64,000 nt of DNA, from the NCBI GenBank assembly GCA_903930735.1, contig CAIYZT010000441.1:2975-66974 (forward strand), given 5' to 3'. The notes under the pieces were generated by a model. The model did not search any database and was not told the origin of the DNA. It saw only the letters and a list, made by a program, of their open reading frames with translations. The DNA comes from an uncultured Rhodobacteraceae bacterium (GTDB taxonomy: Bacteria; Pseudomonadota; Alphaproteobacteria; Rhodobacterales; Rhodobacteraceae). Shown here piece after piece: positions 27,480-36,653 of the stretch. Both the position numbers and the translations under genes were made by a program. Numbering within the stretch: the first letter of the stretch is position 1; the number at the start of each line of letters is the position of its first letter.

Positions 27480-28505
27480 TCAGTTCGAGGTGAAGAGCCG
27501 GATTGCCAGCCGCGGCCGCTTGTTGACGGGCAGGATCGAAGCCTCGGTCATCAGGTCGATCCAGCGGCCCTTTTCGTCGAGATGCTGGCGGGCATAGAGT
27601 GGCTGGCCGATGGTATTGGCGGCCTCCAGCAGGTTTGCCGGTCCGCCATAGGTGGTGAAGGTGTCGAAGGTACCGATCGGGAAGGCCACCCCTTCGCCGG
27701 CCGGCAGGAACCGCTCTGCCGTGCCGGTCGAGAGCGTGGCGCTGCCAGTGTATTCCTCGAACAGGATCCCCGCGAAGGGGAAGGCACGGCGGACATCCTC
27801 GCGCAAGGGCTGGCCGCCGGTCGCGGAGTAGAACTTGTAGGCGTCCTCGGTTTTGGGATGGCTGATCAGCTTGTCAAAGAATTCGGGGCTGACCAGTGCA
27901 TGCGCCCGGATCATGGATTCGCCGAGAAGATTGTCCTCGATGGCGCGCAGCACCTCACGGACCTTGCCCTGCACATTGGTGCCGGCGGTGCCGAGGACGA
28001 AGTCGACGGAGATCTGCGCCAGGCCGAACTCGGTGAAGTAGTTGTAAAGCGTGGTGCCCGCCCCGTCCTTCACGATGCCGCGCAGCGCGTTCATCTCCAT
28101 GTATTCGCGGGTCTGGGCATGCTTGCGGCGCATGAGCTGCAACTTTCGCGACATCACCTCGACCAGCGGATCGGCGGCGTCGGACACGCCCAGCGCGGGT
28201 TGCCCCTGGATGTCAGAGGGAAGGATGACATCGTCATGCGGGATCCAAGGCAGGGCGAAACTGCGCATCGACCGGCCCTCACGGGTGCCGACCGTCGCTG
28301 GGGCGCCCAAGGGGACCGAGGGCAGGAGGCTCAGCACGCCCTGAAACTGTTCGATGACGATGCTGCGCTGGGTGACACCCTCGAAGCGGAAGAGGCCGAT
28401 CTGGCCAAGGCGGGTGTAGAGGTTGGGCAGGATGTTGATGGCCTGCGTCATCTCGGCCAGCGAATAGCCGCCGGCGTCGAAAGGGTTGCGGATGATGGCG
28501 TTCAT
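27480..28505 (-). CDS. major capsid protein, lambda gpE family
   Basis: MNAIIRNPFDAGGYSLAEMTQAINILPNLYTRLGQIGLF... runs to ..RPRLAIRLFTSN. Start taken at the internal ATG 28505; the longer ORF has an Arg/Ser/Pro-rich extension. Confidence 0.9.
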   Translation of the reverse strand: MNAIIRNPFDAGGYSLAEMTQAINILPNLYTRLGQIGLFRFEGVTQRSIVIEQFQGVLSLLPSVPLGAPATVGTREGRSMRSFALPWIPHDDVILPSDIQGQPALGVSDAADPLVEVMSRKLQLMRRKHAQTREYMEMNALRGIVKDGAGTTLYNYFTEFGLAQISVDFVLGTAGTNVQGKVREVLRAIEDNLLGESMIRAHALVSPEFFDKLISHPKTEDAYKFYSATGGQPLREDVRRAFPFAGILFEEYTGSATLSTGTAERFLPAGEGVAFPIGTFDTFTTYGGPANLLEAANTIGQPLYARQHLDEKGRWIDLMTEASILPVNKRPRLAIRLFTSN

Positions 28506-28581
28506 GGTGGGGCTCCGGGGATGTGGGGGAAAGGAAGGGGTGGCGAGATATGCAACGCGGAAGCGCGCGCGGCCTCTGCCG

Positions 28582-28962
28582 TCAGGCGCTGTCGCGGGGC
28601 ATGATGCCGACGGCCACGAGCTGGCCGAGCTTGGTGGTGATCTTTGCACCGTCGTTGACGGTGGCGTCGTAGGCCAACGCCGCCCGCGAGACGATCGAAG
28701 GGCCCCGCGCGACGACGATGCCCTGCGCATCCGAGAGAGTCGCATCGACGGCATAGAGCAGGACGGCGACGGCAGTCTGCGCGCCATCGGTGCCGCCGCT
28801 GGTGGCCAGCTTGTACTTGCCGCTGGCGGTGATCTTCCCGAGGACCGACCCCACCGGATAAGGCATGCCGGCCAGAAGGGTGATCGTGTCGCGGGTATAG
28901 TTGGGGTTCACCTCATATTTGAGGACATCCCCGAGGCTCGGCGGTTGGGTCAGTACGGTCAT
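28582..28962 (-). CDS. head decoration protein (gpD-like)
   Basis: 126 aa, located between the protease and capsid genes. GDVLKYEVNPNYTRDTITL...GIVVARGPSIV is typical of the family. Confidence 0.8.
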   Translation of the reverse strand: MTVLTQPPSLGDVLKYEVNPNYTRDTITLLAGMPYPVGSVLGKITASGKYKLATSGGTDGAQTAVAVLLYAVDATLSDAQGIVVARGPSIVSRAALAYDATVNDGAKITTKLGQLVAVGIMPRDSA

Positions 28963-28988
28963 GGCGTGTTCCTTTGGAGGTCAGGGGC

Positions 28989-30377
28989 TCAGGTGGACTT
29001 GGCCGCGGCAGTGACGCGCTTCACGGCTGCGACCAGCGGGCTTTCCGGGGTGGCGGATTTCGGCGGCGGAACGACGGTGATGGCGGCAGCATCGCTGCGC
29101 GCGGCCAACTGGGTCAGGACCGAGGCGCGGAGCGCATCCGGGGCCACGCCTTTCTGCACGGCCTCGGCCAGATCGATGGTCAGACCGAGCCGGGCGGCTT
29201 GTGCGGCGATGGTGGCCAATTCTGCCGCCTCGGTGCGGACGCGAGACACGGCAGCTTCAGCGTCACCCGTCGTGGCCGGGGCGGGCTCGGGAGCCGGAAC
29301 CGGGGTAGATGCGGGCGGCGTGACTGGCGCGGGAGCCGGGGGCATCGGGTCGTCGGTTTCATCGGCGGGGTCTTCATTCGCGGTGGTCGCATCGGGTTTC
29401 ATCGACAACTCCTTCGACAGTGGGGATTGGGCTGAACGGCGTGACAAAGCGCTTCGGGACGGGCCTAGGCTGTTCACTAGGGCGGTGAAGGCGGCAAAGG
29501 CGGAAGCTGGATCCGAGACCTCGTCTGCGAGTCCGACTGCCACCGCTTCCGCGCCCCGATAACACTCGGCCTCGGTGGCCAGCGCTGCCTCCGCCGTCAG
29601 ACGACGACCGCGCCCAGCGCCGATGGTTTCGGCAAAGAGGCCCCTGATCGCGTCGATCTCGCCCTGAATGCGCGCCCGCACCGGGTCGGGCAGCGGCTCA
29701 TAGGGATTGCCGTCGACCTTGTGCGCGCCGGAATGGACCAGCGTGACGGTCACACCGGCATCCGAGAGCTGGCCGCTCAAGTCGGCATGCATGACGACGA
29801 CGCCTATGCTGCCGACCGCGCCGGTGCGCGGCAGGATGATGCGGTCGGCCTGAGATGCCAGCGCGTAGCCTGCCGAGAAGGCATGTTCGGCGACGAAAGC
29901 CCAGACAGGCTTGGCCGCCCTAGCCGCGCGGATGGCATCGGCTAGGTCGAACACGCCCGCCACTTCGCCGCCGAAGCTGTCGATCTCCAGCGCGATGCCC
30001 CGCACCATCGGGTCGGCAACCGTCGCCGCAAGTTGGGCTGCGATCCCCTCGTAGGAGGTCTGACCAGACGATTGTCCGATCCAGGCCCCGCGATGCACCA
30101 GAACGCCGGAGATTTCCATCACGGCCACGCCGTCGACCAGCGTGTAGGGCGTCTGACCGTTCCGCTGGATCTGTTCGGCGAGACCATTGGTCAGGATCCC
30201 TGCGTGGGCGGGCACGGCGGCCCGGGTCAAGTCCTCGGGGGCGACATCGGGCCCAGTCAGGTTCAACTGCCGTCCGGTGATGCGCGGACCGAGCCCGGCA
30301 AGGAAGGCCATGGCCTTGGCGGGCTCGACCAGCAGCGGAGTGTTGAAGGCGCGCTGGGCGATTTGGGCATGGAACAT
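28989..30377 (-). CDS. S49-family head maturation protease / scaffold (gpC-like)
   Basis: ClpP/SppA-like core: GIALEIDSFGGEVAGVFDLADAI..AFSAGYALASQADRIILPRTGAVGSIGVV. Confidence 0.9.
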   Translation of the reverse strand: MFHAQIAQRAFNTPLLVEPAKAMAFLAGLGPRITGRQLNLTGPDVAPEDLTRAAVPAHAGILTNGLAEQIQRNGQTPYTLVDGVAVMEISGVLVHRGAWIGQSSGQTSYEGIAAQLAATVADPMVRGIALEIDSFGGEVAGVFDLADAIRAARAAKPVWAFVAEHAFSAGYALASQADRIILPRTGAVGSIGVVVMHADLSGQLSDAGVTVTLVHSGAHKVDGNPYEPLPDPVRARIQGEIDAIRGLFAETIGAGRGRRLTAEAALATEAECYRGAEAVAVGLADEVSDPASAFAAFTALVNSLGPSRSALSRRSAQSPLSKELSMKPDATTANEDPADETDDPMPPAPAPVTPPASTPVPAPEPAPATTGDAEAAVSRVRTEAAELATIAAQAARLGLTIDLAEAVQKGVAPDALRASVLTQLAARSDAAAITVVPPPKSATPESPLVAAVKRVTAAAKST

Positions 30378-31882
30378 CAGATTCCCTCTTGCGGAGCAGG
30401 GTCTTGCGGCAGGTCCTGGTTTGGATCGGACGTGTTTTGGTCGGCACTGTTTGCGTCTATTGGTCCTTGCGCGGGCGATCCGGGCCGCCGGAAGTCCAGA
30501 CCCAACCGCTTCTCGCGTTCGCGGTCGCGGGCGATTTCCGCGTCGACCTGCTCGGCGTCATAGCCCCGCTCGGAGATGGCTTGCGTGCGGGATTTCAACC
30601 CGGCTTCGATCTGGGCAATCTCGGCGTTGGCGTCCTTCAAGGGATCGACCCAGTCCCATTTGGTCGGCAGCCAGTTGCAGGCGAGGTATTCTGCGCGACG
30701 GCGATCATAGCCCGGCAGCTTCAATGCCCCGGCCAACACCGCAGTGTCCATGAACCGGGCCCAGACCGGGCGGCACATCTGGAACACCATCACTGAATGC
30801 TGCCAGGCCGACACCCGGCGGCGGAACTCGATCAGCGACAGCCGGGAGTTCGAGAAGTTGCCCTTGGCACCGTCATTGGTCAGGTAGCCGTAGGGGATGC
30901 CCAGCGCGGCCGAGATTTGCAGCAAAGTGCGATACTGGAACGGCTCGTAGGTCGCCCCGGAATCGGCCGGGGCGCTGACAGTCACGTCCTCGCCGGGGTC
31001 GAGGCGAACCACCTGGCCCGGGGCGACCTCATATTCCTCCTCCGGCGGCGCAAGCGGGTTGTCTGGTGCCGGCGAGGTCACGAACATCGCGTACATCGCC
31101 GCGACCTTTTTGCGATCGAGCTCCGCGTCGTCGTACTGGTCGAGCAGGAACAGCTTCACGATGGCGGGGGCAAAGCGCGATACACCGCGCAATTGGCCAG
31201 CCTCCACCGGGTCAATGATGTGCAAAACTTCGGAAGCCGGAACCCGCACAGTTTCGCCGGATAGGCCGGGATCGGTGCTGTCGCCGGGATGGCGGCGCAG
31301 GAAGTGGAAGGCGACGCGCCGTCCGACCCGGTCAAACTCGATGCCCTGACGGATCACGTTGCCGTTCCCGTCCACAGCATTGTGCGAGAGCGGCAGCATT
31401 TCTGACGGCAACATCTGCACCTGCAAGGGTACCACCAGTCCATCTTCGACACGGCGCGGACGAAAGCGCAGGAACACTTCGCCGGTCATGAATACCTCTC
31501 GGGCGGCACGGCGCTGCAGCCCATAGAAATCCGTCAGCCCCTCGGCATCGGCATCGTCGGTCCAGGCCAGCCAGAGCCGCTGCACCGCGTCCTTGCGGGA
31601 CGCTTGGGCGATGGACGAGTTCGGGCTGATGCCATCCCCCACGGTGTTGGCCGCCCAGCTTTCGATGGCATTGGCGGCGTAGCCGTTGTTGCGGACCAGC
31701 CAGCGCGCCCGGGCGTTCATCTCCGGCCAGGAGGCGGCGATCAGCGCGTTCACATGGGCGCGGGTGGTGACAAATCCCTTCAAGCGACGCTGGCCGGAGG
31801 TGGCGTCAAACCCACCGGGCACACCAAACCCACCGACCCATGCGCCGAGCCGGGTCCGCCAGTTGGACTGGGCCATGATCAA
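30377..31882 (-). CDS. portal protein, lambda gpB family
   Basis: 501 aa, between the gpW-like and protease genes. The C-terminal acidic tail and overall layout fit the family. Confidence 0.9.
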   Translation of the reverse strand: MIMAQSNWRTRLGAWVGGFGVPGGFDATSGQRRLKGFVTTRAHVNALIAASWPEMNARARWLVRNNGYAANAIESWAANTVGDGISPNSSIAQASRKDAVQRLWLAWTDDADAEGLTDFYGLQRRAAREVFMTGEVFLRFRPRRVEDGLVVPLQVQMLPSEMLPLSHNAVDGNGNVIRQGIEFDRVGRRVAFHFLRRHPGDSTDPGLSGETVRVPASEVLHIIDPVEAGQLRGVSRFAPAIVKLFLLDQYDDAELDRKKVAAMYAMFVTSPAPDNPLAPPEEEYEVAPGQVVRLDPGEDVTVSAPADSGATYEPFQYRTLLQISAALGIPYGYLTNDGAKGNFSNSRLSLIEFRRRVSAWQHSVMVFQMCRPVWARFMDTAVLAGALKLPGYDRRRAEYLACNWLPTKWDWVDPLKDANAEIAQIEAGLKSRTQAISERGYDAEQVDAEIARDREREKRLGLDFRRPGSPAQGPIDANSADQNTSDPNQDLPQDPAPQEGI

Positions 31883-32094
31883 AGATCCTTGCTGGCAAAG
31901 GGCCGCGACACCCGTGACCGCGTGACCGTTGTGTCCGCGGCCGTAATCCGGCGTTCGAGGTCGAATATCGCCGTCGCAAGCTCGGCGTCGGAGCCGTAGC
32001 TGATCTGGCGACCGTCATAGGTGACCTGTCGCACCCCGCCGAACCGCATGCCGAGAAGGGCGCTGAGAAGCGCCTGCATTTCTGCGAGGGTCAT
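31879..32094 (-). CDS. gpW-like head-tail joining protein
   Basis: 71 aa MTLAEMQALLSALLGMRFGGVRQVTYDGRQISYGSDAELATAIFDLERRI. ATGA overlap with the portal start. Confidence 0.75.
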   Translation of the reverse strand: MTLAEMQALLSALLGMRFGGVRQVTYDGRQISYGSDAELATAIFDLERRITAADTTVTRSRVSRPFASKDL

Positions 32095-32097
32095 CTG

Positions 32098-34227
32098 TCA
32101 TTTCCTCAGATAGGACGGAGGCACTGCGCCGGTACGGCGGCGGCGCGGGGTCAGGACTGTTCCGGCGGTGGGTGCCGAGGACGTGGTTTCTTCGGTCGGT
32201 GTGACGGCCACTGTTTCCCTGGTTTGCACACCGGCTTGGGCCTCAAGAGATCGCCATGTCGCTTCGTCCCAACGGTCGGCACCAAGGATCCACGCCGCCG
32301 CGCGAGCGTAGACCCGGCAATCCAGCGCCTCGTTCCGCTCGCGCATTTTCTGCCATTCCTGATGGCCGAAGCCGCGTTTGTTGCGCACCGTGACCATCTG
32401 TTCGGCCACCAGCTGCTTCAGCCATTCGGTATCGGCCCAGCTGGGCAGGTGCATCGTGCCGGGCGCATCGCAGACGCCAACGGCGCGGTCCTCGTCCGAG
32501 GGCCGTTCCAACCGCAGGAAGCGGTAGGTTTCCGCCTTGAAGGTCGAGACCGCGATGGTCCAGATCCGTGCGCCGCGGCGCAGACGCTTGCCGCCGATGG
32601 TGGCGTCGACAAAGGTCGGACCTGATACCGGCGTCGAGCGGTTGAAGGTCTCGACGCCCTTGATCGGCGTCACCTGTGCGTAGCCCGTGGTGCGCGACCA
32701 AGCGTAAACTGCTGGTGCCTCATAGCCGGTGTCGATGGCCAGCTTGGAAAGCTGCATCACCGCGCCGCTTTCGTGGCTCCATGTCCGCCCGAGGATTGCC
32801 GTCAGCTTGTCCCATGCTGCGGGATCCTCCGGCCCGCCCGCAATGACGATGTGCTCGACAAGCCAGCTTTCCAGCCCCCGGCCCCAGGCCCAGATGTCGA
32901 CCTCGATCCGGTCTTTCTGCACATCCGCCCCGGCGGTCAGGAACAGCCCGAGGTGCGGCACGGTGGCGGCGAACACCTCTCGGCGATCCGCCAGGCGCTG
33001 CCATTCCGGCGCATCGCCACTTTCAACCCATGTCTCACCCAGCAGGGTGTTGCGTGCGGCGCGCAGCATCTCGTCCGAGCCTTGCGCCGCCAGCCAGTCG
33101 CGCGCGATCTGTGCCCAGCTTTTCCAGCCAAGCGGCGAATAGAGCGCCGAGACGTGGAAGCCGATGGAGTGCGGATCGACCGACAAAGCTGTCGGCCGCC
33201 ATTCGCCGTGCTCCAGCATCGAAGTCTTGTGATGCTCGGCGATGGGCTTTTCACAGCCTTCGCAGTGATAGGCAGCTGTGTCGGGCTGACCCTTGTCCCA
33301 GCGCAGGCGTTCAAACTGCAACCACTGCATCGCTCCGCAATGCGGGCAGGGCACGAAATACCGGCGCTGGTCTGACGCCTCGAATTCCCGCTCGATCCGG
33401 CTGATGCCGCGGATTGTCGGCGTCGAGACCATGAACACCTTCCGCCGGTGCGAGAAGGTGGTTGTCCGCGCCTCGGCCAGAGTGACCGGGTCGCCTTCCT
33501 CGTCCGCCGACGCCGGATAGGCGTCGACCTCGTCAAGAAAGATGTAGCGCGCCGGCATCGAGCGCAGGCCGGTCGCCGAGTTGGCCCCGGTCAGCACCAG
33601 GATGCCGCCTGGGAATTCCTTGGACAGCATCGAGTTGCCCGCGTCGCGCGACCGGGCCGGCTTGACCCGCTCGCGCAGAGCCGGGCTGTCCTCGATCAGC
33701 GGATCGAGGCGCCCGCGCGAGGTGCGCTTGGCCATCTCCACAGTCGGCAGCACCGCCAGCATCGGCCCCGGCGCGTGGTGGATGACGAAGCCGATCCAAT
33801 TGTTGCCCGCCTCCGTCGCCCCAACCTGCGCCGCCTTCATGAACGAGATGCGCTGGGCCGGGTGGCGGGGCGACAGCGCATCCATGATCTCGCGCAGATA
33901 GGGCGTGCGCGTCGTGCGATAGCGCCCGGGTTCGGCGCTCGCTCGCGATGACAACCAGCGATGTTGGTCCGCCCATTCTGAAACCGTCAGGTCCGGGTCG
34001 GGCCGCATCCCCCGGCGCCATGCGCGCAAAATGTCCTCGGCGCCGTCAAAGCCGAGGTCGAGATCGTCTGTCAGATCCTGTCCGTCATCCGCCAGCCCTT
34101 CGCCTGAGCTCCGGGCGTTCGTCTCTCGCAAAGGTCCACCGGACCTTTGCGTCTCGCTGTCGCGAGACCGTTCCTCACCCGAGCGAAACCCGGAGATCGG
34201 CGAGGGCGTCGAGTTGCGCTCTGACAT
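32098..34227 (-). CDS. terminase large subunit, lambda gpA family
   Basis: 709 aa with Walker-like FMKAAQVGATEAGNNW and YIFLDEVDAYP. Confidence 0.9.
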   Translation of the reverse strand: MSERNSTPSPISGFRSGEERSRDSETQRSGGPLRETNARSSGEGLADDGQDLTDDLDLGFDGAEDILRAWRRGMRPDPDLTVSEWADQHRWLSSRASAEPGRYRTTRTPYLREIMDALSPRHPAQRISFMKAAQVGATEAGNNWIGFVIHHAPGPMLAVLPTVEMAKRTSRGRLDPLIEDSPALRERVKPARSRDAGNSMLSKEFPGGILVLTGANSATGLRSMPARYIFLDEVDAYPASADEEGDPVTLAEARTTTFSHRRKVFMVSTPTIRGISRIEREFEASDQRRYFVPCPHCGAMQWLQFERLRWDKGQPDTAAYHCEGCEKPIAEHHKTSMLEHGEWRPTALSVDPHSIGFHVSALYSPLGWKSWAQIARDWLAAQGSDEMLRAARNTLLGETWVESGDAPEWQRLADRREVFAATVPHLGLFLTAGADVQKDRIEVDIWAWGRGLESWLVEHIVIAGGPEDPAAWDKLTAILGRTWSHESGAVMQLSKLAIDTGYEAPAVYAWSRTTGYAQVTPIKGVETFNRSTPVSGPTFVDATIGGKRLRRGARIWTIAVSTFKAETYRFLRLERPSDEDRAVGVCDAPGTMHLPSWADTEWLKQLVAEQMVTVRNKRGFGHQEWQKMRERNEALDCRVYARAAAWILGADRWDEATWRSLEAQAGVQTRETVAVTPTEETTSSAPTAGTVLTPRRRRTGAVPPSYLRK

Positions 34228-34711
34228 GGGTTTCCAGCACCCTCTGCAGGATCGCGGCCTCGATGATCACCGGTTTGCCGGATTGCTTTTCCACCTCCGC
34301 AGCCACATCGGCCGCCATCAGGGCCGCCACGCGGGCGGGCCAGGTCACCCAGACATCGCGCTCCTGCCGCGCCAGCCGGAACACCAGCGTCTCCGCCCGA
34401 GACCGGTCGACCAGCGCCCCCTTCTTCTTCTGGATCGCCAGTTGGCGTTCCTGAGCCTGGTAGACCGTCAGCGCGGTCCGGGCTTTCAGATAGGACGAGC
34501 TGTCAGCCGGGCCAGAAAACCCGGTTTCACCGCCCGTCGACCGGCGCTGCTGATCGGGGTCGGTCATCTCGGCCCGGCGTGCATCCGAGGCTGCCGCGTT
34601 GATCGAGCCATCGCCGTACACAACCAGCCGTCCGGTCTTCCGGGCCTTCTGGATCGCCCCGCGCGAAAGGCCGGAATGGGCGGAATAGTCCCGCTCGCTC
34701 ATGCCCTCCAT
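34175..34711 (-). CDS. terminase small subunit (Nu1-like HTH)
   Basis: N-terminal HTH SERDYSAHSGLSRGAIQKARKTGRL. It lies immediately upstream of, and overlaps, the TerL gene. Confidence 0.7.
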   Translation of the reverse strand: MEGMSERDYSAHSGLSRGAIQKARKTGRLVVYGDGSINAAASDARRAEMTDPDQQRRSTGGETGFSGPADSSSYLKARTALTVYQAQERQLAIQKKKGALVDRSRAETLVFRLARQERDVWVTWPARVAALMAADVAAEVEKQSGKPVIIEAAILQRVLETHVRAQLDALADLRVSLG

Positions 34712-34828
34712 CGTTGCGCCAGTTCTGATTAAAGAAGTGATATTGCTTGATATTCAGTTGATTATACTCGGCCCGAGAGCGATCCTGGGACAGGAATTCA
34801 GACCAACTCACCGAAGGATGCCCATGCC
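34712..34828. promoter_or_regulatory. AT-rich divergent region upstream of TerS: candidate cos/terminase-binding and promoter region
   Basis: Locally AT-rich sequence with reiterated TGATAT/TGATTAT motifs (GTGATATTGCTTGATATTCAGTTGATTATACT) between divergent genes. Confidence 0.35.
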
Positions 34829-35272
34829 ATGACCGCGAAGACTGCCACCCCCGCCAAAGCCCCCAGCGAGGCGCTTCTCCTCGAGATCGCCATCAAGCAC
34901 TTCTTCGTCGAGACGCTTGAAACCCGGAATTCCGACAGTCTCGACTTCCACGAAGTGTCGGTCTGGGCGATCCGCTCCGCGCTGGAAGCGGCCTTTGCCG
35001 CTGGCCAAGCCGCTGCCCGCCGAACGGGAGATCAAGCCATGACCACCCGCCGCGCCACCGCCACGAACAACGACAAAGCTCTCGCCGCCTTCATCGCCGC
35101 CAAGGCCGAGATCGACGCCCAACTGGAGCGCCTGAAAGCCCTCAGCGACGAGCACTTCAACGCCCAGCCCGACGAGATTCACTGGGGCCATGTCGGCGAC
35201 CTGCAGCGCTACGCGGGCCTTCTGCGCCAAATCACCGACATCGCCTTCAAGGAAGGCGAATTCGCCGAGTGA
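34829..35272 (+). CDS. hypothetical phage protein
   Basis: 147 aa with balanced composition (LLEIAIKHFFVETLETRNSDSLDFHEVSVWAIRSALEAAF...). Confidence 0.6.
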   Translation: MTAKTATPAKAPSEALLLEIAIKHFFVETLETRNSDSLDFHEVSVWAIRSALEAAFAAGQAAARRTGDQAMTTRRATATNNDKALAAFIAAKAEIDAQLERLKALSDEHFNAQPDEIHWGHVGDLQRYAGLLRQITDIAFKEGEFAE

Positions 35273-35361
35273 CCTACTCCATCCCGGCCGGGCCCCGCGA
35301 TGGCGGGGCTTGCTTGCGTACAAGGGTCCGCATCCCGCGCGCCCGATCACTAGGAGTGACC

Positions 35362-35598
35362 ATGTCCTACCAGAAGCTCTTGCGCGAACTCGCGCCCGAC
35401 CTGAACCCCGCAGGGGTAGAAGCCTCGATGCGCCTGCACTACGGCGTTCTGAACCATTTGCCGCGCGATATCTTCGTGGCGGAAGCGCTGCTTGCCGCCG
35501 ACCTCGAGTCCGGGTCGCCGGGCATCCTCCGCAAGATCGCCGAAAGCCTCGGGATGGCCGACGACTTCGCCAAATGGGAGGCGGGCCAAGACGCTTGA
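35362..35598 (+). CDS. hypothetical phage protein
   Basis: MSYQKLLRELAPDLNPAGVEASMRLHYG..., preceded by TAGGAG. Confidence 0.5.
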   Translation: MSYQKLLRELAPDLNPAGVEASMRLHYGVLNHLPRDIFVAEALLAADLESGSPGILRKIAESLGMADDFAKWEAGQDA

Positions 35599-35812
35599 TC
35601 CCGCCCAGCGCCATCAGATCGAACAGGACGCGATCACTGCCCTTTGGGAAGCCGAGCGCCTTGCCGCTTGCGACGGCGCCATCGCACTGCTTCGCGAGAT
35701 TGCCGATCTGGAGCGCGATGCCGATGGCGACGTGATCATCGGGGCCGACGAGAAAGGCCGCAATGACCTGATGTCCCGCATCACCACCTTCCTTGCCACC
35801 CACGACCGATAG
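35492..35812 (+). CDS. hypothetical phage protein (start uncertain)
   Basis: The C-terminal two thirds (..QRHQIEQDAITALWEAERLAACDGAIALLREIADLERDADGD..) look coding. The 5' third overlaps the previous gene in another frame. Confidence 0.4.
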   Translation: MPPTSSPGRRASSARSPKASGWPTTSPNGRRAKTLDPAQRHQIEQDAITALWEAERLAACDGAIALLREIADLERDADGDVIIGADEKGRNDLMSRITTFLATHDR

Positions 35813-35821
35813 GGGAACGCC

Positions 35822-36376
35822 GTGACCAAACCGACCGAGACCAAACTCACCGAAACCCAGACCGTGATCCTCAGCGCTGCGGCCCAGCGCCCTGAGAACA
35901 TCGCCCTGCCGCTCCCAAAAGGACTGGTCGGTGCCGCCGCCAAGATGACCGTCACCAAGATGATCGAGCGCGGCTGGTTGCAGGAAGTCGAGGCCAACCT
36001 GCGCAAGCGCGAGCCCCTTTGGCGCGAAACCGGCGACGGCCACGGCACCACGCTGATCGTCACCGACGCCGGACTGCTGGTCATCGGCATCGAGCCGGTG
36101 GTGGTCAAGACCGTGGTGGCGATCCGCAAGCATACCGCCGAGACGCCGGCGCCCAAAGTGCCTGTGATCCGAGCGGGGACCAAGCAGGCGACGCTGATCG
36201 AAATGCTCCGGCGCTCGGAGGGCGCGACCATTGAGGAGATCATGGCTGCTACCGGATGGCTGAGCCACACCATTCGGGGCGCGATTGCCGGGGCCCTGAA
36301 GAAGAAGCTGGGCCTTGAGGTCAGCTCGAAAAAGGATGTCGAACGGGGTAGGGTGTATCGCCTCCCTGTCGCATGA
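35822..36376 (+). CDS. DUF3489-type protein
   Basis: C-terminal TKQATLIEMLRRSEGATIEEIMAATGWLSHTIRGAIAGALKKKLGLEVSS matches the DUF3489 signature as I remember it. GTG start. Confidence 0.7.
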   Translation: MTKPTETKLTETQTVILSAAAQRPENIALPLPKGLVGAAAKMTVTKMIERGWLQEVEANLRKREPLWRETGDGHGTTLIVTDAGLLVIGIEPVVVKTVVAIRKHTAETPAPKVPVIRAGTKQATLIEMLRRSEGATIEEIMAATGWLSHTIRGAIAGALKKKLGLEVSSKKDVERGRVYRLPVA

Positions 36377-36402
36377 CGCCCCTTTCACCAAGTCATGACA
36401 AG

Positions 36403-36426
36403 ACCGCCACCCCACCGGGTGGCGGT
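36403..36426. terminator. hairpin between convergent genes
   Basis: ACCGCCACCC / GGGTGGCGGT, a 10-bp stem with a 4-nt loop. No clear U-tract. Confidence 0.4.
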
Positions 36427-36428
36427 GG

Positions 36429-36653
36429 TCATTTCATGTGCCGGACATGGATCGCTTCGAAGACGCGGCGGATAGCATAGGAACGGCAGATCGAGATCAC
36501 CGTGAAGGCGGCCGCCAGTTTCAGGTTCTGCGCCATGGTCATGTGAAGGCCGAAGGCCGGGAAGAGCAGGACTTGGCTGGCCACGGCAATTGCATAGCCA
36601 AGTGCCACATTTGCGACTGCCTCCACCAGCGACATGGCGCGGGACTGTTTCAT
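36429..36653 (-). CDS. small membrane protein
   Basis: MKQSRAMSLVEAVANVALGYAIAVASQVLLFPAFGL...AAAFTVISICRSYAIRRVF has two TM segments. ATGA overlap with the upstream methylase stop. Confidence 0.55.
   Translation of the reverse strand: MKQSRAMSLVEAVANVALGYAIAVASQVLLFPAFGLHMTMAQNLKLAAAFTVISICRSYAIRRVFEAIHVRHMK

Noticed and set aside
34808-36415. 535-aa minus-strand ORF, one of the longest in the track
   Set aside because: It runs antisense to four plus-strand genes with sensible composition and motifs (including a DUF3489 signature). Its own sequence is Arg/Gly/Pro-rich low complexity, typical of a wrong frame in high-GC DNA.
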